Positions 57,261 to 64,000 of a stretch of DNA of 64,000 nucleotides are shown piece by piece. Origin of the DNA: an uncultured Bdellovibrio sp. GTDB lineage: Bacteria > Bdellovibrionota > Bdellovibrionia > Bdellovibrionales > Bdellovibrionaceae. A program made the translations under genes and the position numbers. Numbering within the stretch: position 1 is the stretch's first letter; each line of letters opens with the position of its first letter. The notes under the pieces are model-generated. The model saw nothing but the letters and a program-made list of their open reading frames with translations, had not been told where the DNA came from and ran no database searches. The stretch spans positions 550-64,549 of the forward strand of contig CAZPYX010000001.1 in assembly GCA_964590635.1 (NCBI GenBank), read 5' to 3'.

Positions 57261-58087
57261 AAAGAATGAATGCTTTTGATATGTACCGTACACGCACGAT
57301 CAGTGTGACTTCAGGAAAGGGCGGAGTTGGTAAAACAACTCTGGTTGCCAACCTGGCTTTGACTTTGGCGCAAAAAGGCAAAAAAGTTTTAATCCTTGAT
57401 GGTGATTTGGGTATGGCCAACGTGGATATTCTGTTTGGTATGAGAACCAACGGAAATATGCACGATATTATCTCGGGCCGTAAAGAGATGAAGGACATCC
57501 TGACGGAAGTTTCCAAAGATGTTTTCTTAATTCCAGGTGGCAGTGGTGTGGTTGAGTTCAATCACATGAATCACTTCGAAAGAAGAGCGATGGTGGAAGC
57601 GGTCAGCTCTTTGCCATTGGGTTTTGATTATCTTCTTATTGATACAGCTCCAGGTATCGCGGAAAATGTTTTGTTTCTAAATTCAGCGGCGCAAACGGTG
57701 TCTGTTGTGATCACTCCTGATCCAGCAAGCTTTGCGGATGCCTATGCATTGATCAAAGTTCTTCATAAGCAATACAAGGTGAATCACTTCTCTATCATGT
57801 GCAATCAAGTGCGCGATGAAGAAGAGGGACTTGGCTTGTACAAGCGCTTCAACGATGTCGTAAACAAATTCCTCTACATAGGTCTTGATTATTGGGGCTC
57901 AGTTCCTAACGACGTGGTTTTGAAAAAAGCAATACAAATGCAGCGTCTCATCGTGAGACAGGATATCGGCGCAGAATCGTCGAAAGCAATTCGCCAAATT
58001 TCTATGCAGATCGAGAAATCCTCGAAGCAGATTGAGGCTGGCGGTGGCATGCAGATGTTTTGGGACCAAGTCGTTGGGTCTGCATAA
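57257..58087 (+). CDS. flhG: MinD-like ATPase FlhG/FleN
   Basis: SGKGGVGKT, DGDLGMANVD, IDTAPG, DAYALIK. Confidence 0.95.
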   Translation: MKRMNAFDMYRTRTISVTSGKGGVGKTTLVANLALTLAQKGKKVLILDGDLGMANVDILFGMRTNGNMHDIISGRKEMKDILTEVSKDVFLIPGGSGVVEFNHMNHFERRAMVEAVSSLPLGFDYLLIDTAPGIAENVLFLNSAAQTVSVVITPDPASFADAYALIKVLHKQYKVNHFSIMCNQVRDEEEGLGLYKRFNDVVNKFLYIGLDYWGSVPNDVVLKKAIQMQRLIVRQDIGAESSKAIRQISMQIEKSSKQIEAGGGMQMFWDQVVGSA

Positions 58088-58168
58088 GTGAGTTGAAAAT
58101 AGATTTCCTGAGAATTGGACTTTCAGCACGAACACCTGTTTGTTAACATGGTTTTAAGAGGGAAAAAT

Positions 58169-58954
58169 ATGGCGAAAAATGCGGCATTGTTGAAGAAGTA
58201 CAAGGATGAGCCACGTCAGCTCGCGCCGACTAAAAAAGACGACCTTATTAGGGAATATGCGCCTCTTATCAAGTTTATCGCACAGAAAATTGCTGTGCGC
58301 CTTCCTTCTAATATCGAACTTGATGACCTGATCTCTGCCGGTGTAATCGGTTTGATGGATGCCATCGAAAAATACGATTCAACTCGTGATAATAAATTTA
58401 AAACCTATGCAGAGTTCCGTATTCGCGGAGCGATCTTGGATGAATTAAGAGCTCAAGACTGGGTTCCGCGTTCTATCCGCGATAAAGCAAAACTTCTGGA
58501 TAAAACAATGATTCAGTTGGAAGCGGACTTGGGCCGTGCACCAACGGATGAAGAAGTTGCTAAACAGTTGAACTGCTCTATTGATGAATTTCATGACCTT
58601 GTAAATCAAGTTCGCCCTGTCAGCTTGTTGCCGATCGACCAAGCAACAACTTTCAGTAACACGGACAAGAAATCTATTATGGATATCTTGGAAGGTTCTA
58701 GAACGAACAGTCCGTTTAATCAGTTGAACGTAAAGAACATCAAGGAAGTTGTCGCTCAAGCCATTGAAGAATTGCCTGAAAGACAACGTTTGGTTCTTTC
58801 TCTTTATTATTATGAAGATCTGAACTTGAAAGAGATCGGACAAGTTTTACGTGTGACAGAGTCCCGCGTATCTCAACTTCATGCCCAGGCGGTTGCAAGG
58901 TTGCGTGCAAAACTTGCTGCTACCATTGGAGCTGGCGAACTAGAAATCGCTTAA
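58169..58954 (+). CDS. fliA: RNA polymerase sigma28 FliA
   Basis: DLISAGVIGL, YAEFRIRGAILDELR, LKEIGQVLRVTESRVSQLH; start moved to ATG 58169. Confidence 0.96.
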   Translation: MAKNAALLKKYKDEPRQLAPTKKDDLIREYAPLIKFIAQKIAVRLPSNIELDDLISAGVIGLMDAIEKYDSTRDNKFKTYAEFRIRGAILDELRAQDWVPRSIRDKAKLLDKTMIQLEADLGRAPTDEEVAKQLNCSIDEFHDLVNQVRPVSLLPIDQATTFSNTDKKSIMDILEGSRTNSPFNQLNVKNIKEVVAQAIEELPERQRLVLSLYYYEDLNLKEIGQVLRVTESRVSQLHAQAVARLRAKLAATIGAGELEIA

Positions 58955-58988
58955 ATTTGATTTAAGCCTAAATTTCAAAAGTGTAATC

Positions 58989-59020
58989 ATGGGAATCTGG
59001 ATTAGATTCCCATTTTTATT
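58989..59020 (+). terminator. Intrinsic terminator after fliA
   Basis: ATGGGAATCT-ggatt-AGATTCCCAT followed by TTTTATT. Confidence 0.8.
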
Positions 59021-59035
59021 TATATAAATTGCCAT

Positions 59036-59794
59036 ATGGCAAAACTAATCATTCTCGCAATGACCATACTCTTCGGTTGGCAGTCTCTGGCTTCAAACAA
59101 AACTCTTAAAGCCGTGTATCTTGAAAGTATGGAGCTTCCTCCTTTCATCAGCGGAAGTCTTCCGTCTCAGGGGGCTGCAGTCTATGCTCTGACAGAAATT
59201 TTCAAAAAAGCTGGTTATGATTTGCATGTGCGTATTGTTCCTATTCTTAGAATTCGTACTTTGCAATTCCGCGATCCCAATGTTTCGGGTTTCTTCCCTT
59301 CATTTGTTGATGATGATTTTGTTGAGGGTTTAACTTTGTCGAAATCCATTTATGAAACGCCTTGGGTTATCATTGAGCGAAAGGATAAAGTCATTCAATG
59401 GCAAGATCCCAAAGATTTGACCAAATATAAAGGCGGCAACGTCAAGGGATATACAATTCGTTCTCAGGTGAAGAAGATCTATGAAGAGAATAAACTGAAT
59501 ATTGAAGGCGCTTCTGACGACGCTTCAAATCTTTTGAAGTTGGCCAACAAGCGAATTGATTACGTATTCACAGACGCTCATATTTTTAAATTTCTGATGG
59601 CGACGGATCCACGTTTGAAGGAATATCAAAACACTTTGCAGATCAATCAGAAGATTGTTGTGATGAACCGCTACGGTGTCGCTTTTAAACAAGATACATT
59701 CAGTAAGAAAGTGATGGAGGACTTCAATAAAGTGGCTGTTCCTTCGGACTTCCAGGATCTGATTCAGACTTATTTTAAGAATCTAAAGCCATAA
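59036..59794 (+). CDS. Periplasmic substrate-binding protein (family 3-like)
   Basis: Signal peptide, ELPPF, DL..YKGGNVKGY, LLKLANKRIDY. Confidence 0.8.
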   Translation: MAKLIILAMTILFGWQSLASNKTLKAVYLESMELPPFISGSLPSQGAAVYALTEIFKKAGYDLHVRIVPILRIRTLQFRDPNVSGFFPSFVDDDFVEGLTLSKSIYETPWVIIERKDKVIQWQDPKDLTKYKGGNVKGYTIRSQVKKIYEENKLNIEGASDDASNLLKLANKRIDYVFTDAHIFKFLMATDPRLKEYQNTLQINQKIVVMNRYGVAFKQDTFSKKVMEDFNKVAVPSDFQDLIQTYFKNLKP

Positions 59795-59879
59795 TTTCAC
59801 TGACTGACAATTAGGGACACTGTTTAAGTAGTAAATAAGCGAAGGCGAGCTAGGGCATTTTAGTTCGTTTTGAAGTTGA

Positions 59880-61007
59880 ATGCTTTTTGCAAATCTTGAA
59901 GTTATGCAAAGAAGCTCATGGATTCTCATTTTGATACTTTTAGTTGCCTGTGGCGCTTGGGCTAATGAGTTCCCTTTAGAATGTGTTCGCTTCTCTTTGA
60001 ATGAATCCTTTCCACGTATTGCTCAAGGTGAAAAGTCCCAATTTTTTGTGAAATGTTCGAGTGAAAAGTCAGCCCCAGTCCCAGGGCAAGCTCGCCCTCA
60101 GTATTCAGATTTTGAGGTTAAAGAACTTCATAAGGCATTTGTCGCGATCACTGATTGTTTAGAGATCGAACCGCAACTGATTTTTCCGAAGTTGATGATG
60201 GAAAGCGGTTTCCATGTGCAGATCCAGAATCCTAAGGGTGATGCAGGAATTGGGCAGCTGACCTCAAAGGCTATTGGCGATGTTGATGCTGTTCTGCCTG
60301 CCTTTAAAAACATGATTTACGAAAGCAAAAATAAAAGTTGTCGTTGGATTCGTGCTATGACGGAATATCGTGGTCAGTTTTGGAAACCTATCTTAGGGCA
60401 AAGTAAATGCACATTGATGGCTCGACAAAGCAATCCTCTAAAAAACTTGCTATACACAGCGATTTTTCAAAAGCTTAACGAGCGCTATGTAAATCATGAA
60501 TTCGAAATCAAGAATATCGCAGGCCTCTTGCATGAGGCGGGATATCCGGAAGGTAATTATACTTCCCTCAAAAGAACTTTGGTGGCTTTAGGCTATAATA
60601 CGGGGGGAGCTGTGGCGGTCAGAAATTTGCAAGACTATCTGTTCAGTCGTATTGATTTTACTCGTCGTAAACGCATGGAATTCAATGTGGATCCAAGAGC
60701 ACTGGCGCTGGTGACTCCGGCAGACTTTGATTTTACAGCGGGATTGAAAGCGTTCAACGCTAGAAAAGATCAATTGAAAGAAGCTCTTTTATTGAAAAAC
60801 CCCAGCTTAACAGATCAGGAAGTTCAGTTAGCGATTCAAAGGCTGCTACGCAACACCTCTGCCTCTCAATATTCATTTCCGGAATGGTTGAAGGTTTGGC
60901 AAAGCCATGGTGGCCCTGGGTATGTGAGCAGTCTTGTGGATTTTTCTCAACGCCTAGATCGTAAATTCGGTCCAGGCGTTTGTTCGGATGCTAGAAACTA
61001 TCGATAA
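59880..61007 (+). CDS. Secreted lytic transglycosylase-like protein
   Basis: Signal peptide, MMESGF..GIGQLT and LGYNTG, matching SLT motifs I and III. Confidence 0.6.
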   Translation: MLFANLEVMQRSSWILILILLVACGAWANEFPLECVRFSLNESFPRIAQGEKSQFFVKCSSEKSAPVPGQARPQYSDFEVKELHKAFVAITDCLEIEPQLIFPKLMMESGFHVQIQNPKGDAGIGQLTSKAIGDVDAVLPAFKNMIYESKNKSCRWIRAMTEYRGQFWKPILGQSKCTLMARQSNPLKNLLYTAIFQKLNERYVNHEFEIKNIAGLLHEAGYPEGNYTSLKRTLVALGYNTGGAVAVRNLQDYLFSRIDFTRRKRMEFNVDPRALALVTPADFDFTAGLKAFNARKDQLKEALLLKNPSLTDQEVQLAIQRLLRNTSASQYSFPEWLKVWQSHGGPGYVSSLVDFSQRLDRKFGPGVCSDARNYR

Positions 61008-61008
61008 C

Positions 61009-61881
61009 TTATTGCAATTCTTGTAAGTTAGGAATCGAAAGCCCAGACAGTTTTTCAATTTCAGAAATACTAGTCTTATATTGTTCCCAGTCGTGTACAT
61101 TCAATGCGCCTTGCCCTGTGGAAGTTCCGCAAAGTCGGCTGTGGTCCGTGGGCTTGCTTCCATCTGCCAAAACGTTTGGCATCATCACCGAGATGACCGG
61201 AGTATTTTGATTGATATCTTTAGGTGTTTGATTTGCATCTAAGATGATCAAGATTTTGAAGTCTTTTGATGGCACAGGAATATCATGCTGAGGACCGATG
61301 GCTCCGAAATCTTCGTCGTAAACGGGGCCCGCGATAACGTAGATTTTTTTACCCTGGTGAACCAGATTGCGAGTGTACTGTTCAAGATGTTCCCAAATCA
61401 CTCTGTTTAAATAAGGTGTTTGCGGAATCATATTGCTCATCATAAAGGTCATTTCGTTATTTTTTGCAGTATCAGTGCGATCTGCTGACGGAATCTGATG
61501 TCCTCGGTCAAAGCAGCTTCCTTGATATTCGCTAGGCTCGACGGCTTTGGATCCGCTGTTTGCAAGATAAGATGCTAGATCCGTATCTTGAGCGAAAACA
61601 TTTGTTCTGCCAGAGTTGCCAAGCTGACTGGCTTCAACTTTCCAAGCGACCCAGTTCGGAGCACGACGAATTTTGTTGTAAGAGATAACGTATTGATTTC
61701 GTGAAATGATAACTTCAGAAGAGTCGCTATTAGGAACAATGCCGGCAAGATTTAAATTATCTTTTAGGGCAACGTCGCCGATGACGGCTTCGATATTTGC
61801 GGATGCTTTGCCTAAAAATAGAAAACTGAAAACGATGAGTGCAAACAACTGTGTCGAGCTATTTCTTTTCCTAAATCCCAT
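61009..61881 (-). CDS. Secreted DNA/RNA non-specific endonuclease (NUC/EndA family)
   Basis: Signal peptide, DRGHQIPSAD, SNMIPQ..LNRVIWEHLE. Confidence 0.92.
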   Translation of the reverse strand: MGFRKRNSSTQLFALIVFSFLFLGKASANIEAVIGDVALKDNLNLAGIVPNSDSSEVIISRNQYVISYNKIRRAPNWVAWKVEASQLGNSGRTNVFAQDTDLASYLANSGSKAVEPSEYQGSCFDRGHQIPSADRTDTAKNNEMTFMMSNMIPQTPYLNRVIWEHLEQYTRNLVHQGKKIYVIAGPVYDEDFGAIGPQHDIPVPSKDFKILIILDANQTPKDINQNTPVISVMMPNVLADGSKPTDHSRLCGTSTGQGALNVHDWEQYKTSISEIEKLSGLSIPNLQELQ

Positions 61882-62054
61882 GAGATCCCCCCTCATGGAC
61901 CTAAAGACTAAGCAAGGAAAAATGGAAGTTCAACAAGCTTGTTGAGGTCTTTTTCAGTTTTAATTTCTGAGCAATGTCGGAGCAATATTTTAACTCCATA
62001 TCCTATATATGAAACTTGAAGCCCTAATTCGGTGAAGTTAGGTGAGCTGAATAT

Positions 62055-63929
62055 TCAATGCGGCGCTTGAGATTTCTCGAGAGCACCTAAGAGTAAGTTC
62101 TTAAAGATCTTATCTTTGAGATTTTCAGCTTTAGTGAAGCCCATTCTTTCTAGTTCGCCCTTCCAAGATTGACCATCTGAGTTGAACCCTTTTGTCAGGG
62201 TTCTGACAAGATTTAGGGCGGAGCTGTCTTTCAGGTAAAGAAGTGCTTTCTGCAGGTTTTCTTCATTCTTGTCGAAGTCGCTACCAAAAGGAAAGCGTGG
62301 GAAAAGATCGTCATTGAAGTTTCCGATCCAATCTTGAAGTCTCTTGAGGGTGTTATTGCGAACTTTTTCAGGGAGTTCATAGGAGTTTTCAATTTTTCCT
62401 GCTTTCTTTGCCTGTTCTAAAAGCCCAGGTTGGAATTGCGAATCTGTGATGGCTAAAATGCGCTTTATAACTTCGTCATCGCTTTGACCTCTTAACGAAG
62501 CAATGCCGTATTCTGTGACGACCACATCGCGCAGGTGACGGGGGATAGTCAGATGACTGTTGATCCATTCAATATTGGATTTTACACGTTCCTTTTTTGT
62601 TCGGGTGCTTTTTAGCATAAGAATGGAATGGGAATCTGGCAGTTCCGCAGACATCGCAACAAAGTTATACTGTCCTCCAACTCCGCTGACGACTTGTCCG
62701 GATTCTAAGGTTTCTGAGGCCGCTCCTCCAAGAAGATTCAGTGTCATGCAGGTATTGAAGAAGCGCGCATTTTTTCTTTGTCGGCGTAAAGCTAATTCAT
62801 GGGGATCATAGAGATCATTTACCTTAGAGACTCGAGTCATGGAAAGACCTTCAAAATCTTTGTCAGAAAGATTGCGAAGCCACGCATAAAATTCTTTAGA
62901 ACCCAAGAAGAACGCACCATGGAGATAGCGAAAAGCCGCTTCGTCACGGTCCATAATCAGACGATTGAGGATGCCTGACCGACGAAGATGCATGAATCCA
63001 TCCATCAGCATTTCGCTGGTTCCATAAAGACCTTTTGAAAATACAGAATATTCTAAATTTAAACCATTGGGGGAAGAGAAAGAATCTTCGAAGGATCGGA
63101 TCATCGCTAGATATTTTTGATTGTGTTGATGACGTAGTAAGGTTGAATGCACAATAGCGTCGGACAAAGATCCAATGCCGATTTGTACAGTTCCGTCATC
63201 TTTTAAAAGTCGACTGGCGTGAAAACCTATCATGTGATCGACAAGTCCTACGGGCACTTTGGGAGGAGCAAAGAGCTGTTGCTGAACTTCCTCTGAAAAT
63301 ACGATGGCATCGAAGCAATCGGGATCCACCTCGGCATCACCGCCCAAGAATGGTAAGTCGGGATGAACGACGCCAACGACTAAGAGTGGCTTTTGATGCT
63401 TCTTATAGAGGTCATAGACATCTAAGCTGAGATCGGGATTGCAACTGAGGCTGAGTTTTTTGCCGTCTTTAGAGCGGGCGACAAGTTGAACCAAAACGTT
63501 GATCTCCATATTGAAAATATTTTGGGCGACATGGGTGTAGTTGAGGCTGATGTAGTTCCTTTGCGCCTCTGTGTGGTGAAGTTGAGACGCCGCTTGAAAA
63601 TAAAACTCATGAACAGTGATGTTCTTAGGAATTTTTTGAGCTTGCAAATCTTTGATGTAGTCAAGGCGGGGATAGTTGTCGCCAAAGTGTTTCTTATAGA
63701 AGGGTTCGACAAAGCGTTTTTCCAGTTCACTTTGCGGGTTGGGGATATCTAAAGAAAGAGCGGTGAAGATAGTTAGCTTTTTCTGAGGATCATTTTTTGC
63801 TTTGTTATAGATAAGATTTAAAAGCTGATTTGGCTTTCCCAACCCTAGAGGTGTCGCAAGCTGAATCTGCTCTCCCGCTTGGGAAAATATAAATTCTGTC
63901 GCCTCTTTCAAAGTCGAAAACATTTTCAT
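62055..63929 (-). CDS. Acetyl-CoA hydrolase/transferase family protein
   Basis: LGLGKPN, DGTVQIGIG, SGVGGQYNF, VVTEYGIASLRG. Confidence 0.9.
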   Translation of the reverse strand: MKMFSTLKEATEFIFSQAGEQIQLATPLGLGKPNQLLNLIYNKAKNDPQKKLTIFTALSLDIPNPQSELEKRFVEPFYKKHFGDNYPRLDYIKDLQAQKIPKNITVHEFYFQAASQLHHTEAQRNYISLNYTHVAQNIFNMEINVLVQLVARSKDGKKLSLSCNPDLSLDVYDLYKKHQKPLLVVGVVHPDLPFLGGDAEVDPDCFDAIVFSEEVQQQLFAPPKVPVGLVDHMIGFHASRLLKDDGTVQIGIGSLSDAIVHSTLLRHQHNQKYLAMIRSFEDSFSSPNGLNLEYSVFSKGLYGTSEMLMDGFMHLRRSGILNRLIMDRDEAAFRYLHGAFFLGSKEFYAWLRNLSDKDFEGLSMTRVSKVNDLYDPHELALRRQRKNARFFNTCMTLNLLGGAASETLESGQVVSGVGGQYNFVAMSAELPDSHSILMLKSTRTKKERVKSNIEWINSHLTIPRHLRDVVVTEYGIASLRGQSDDEVIKRILAITDSQFQPGLLEQAKKAGKIENSYELPEKVRNNTLKRLQDWIGNFNDDLFPRFPFGSDFDKNEENLQKALLYLKDSSALNLVRTLTKGFNSDGQSWKGELERMGFTKAENLKDKIFKNLLLGALEKSQAPH

Positions 63930-64000
63930 TCCGTAACCTCTGCTGAGATTTTAGGCCTGCATTTTGTTTATTGCAGATTTTTATTCTGCAAGCTTCTTGA

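Noticed and set aside
198-63752. The many 60-180 aa ORFs nested in or antisense to the called genes
   Set aside because: They are shadow ORFs of well-supported genes, with no recognisable motifs or RBS support.

Overview
Bdellovibrio-like (Bdellovibrionota) chromosomal segment; the assignment is inferred from gene content and order (extended groES2, PBP1B, pcrA, suhB, many orphan secreted proteins, fliL-fliA operon). Contents in order: zinc-uptake genes with a RegB/RegA-type two-component system, malic enzyme, lspA, a signalling cluster, sodB, a DUF1501-type operon, KamA, several outer-membrane barrels, a flagellar export operon, a nuclease and a CoA transferase. I found no tRNA, rRNA, CRISPR array or transposase. 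Best candidate for an undescribed system (8710-13570, minus strand): a sigma54 promoter upstream of a SPASM radical-SAM maturase, an unannotated 37-aa single-Cys peptide, a CHASE2 histidine kinase and a sigma54 activator. This looks like an autoinducing modified-peptide (RiPP) signalling circuit in a predatory Gram-negative bacterium. Other notable signals: a family of GGTAC-ended palindromic repeats flanked by a strong strand-symmetric A/C third-codon-position skew; a GGA-loop hairpin shared by the fliL and flhB leaders; and two genes (fliR, ynbB-like) with in-frame stops inside clusters of substitutions that may be assembly errors. All family assignments come from motifs read by eye, not from database searches.
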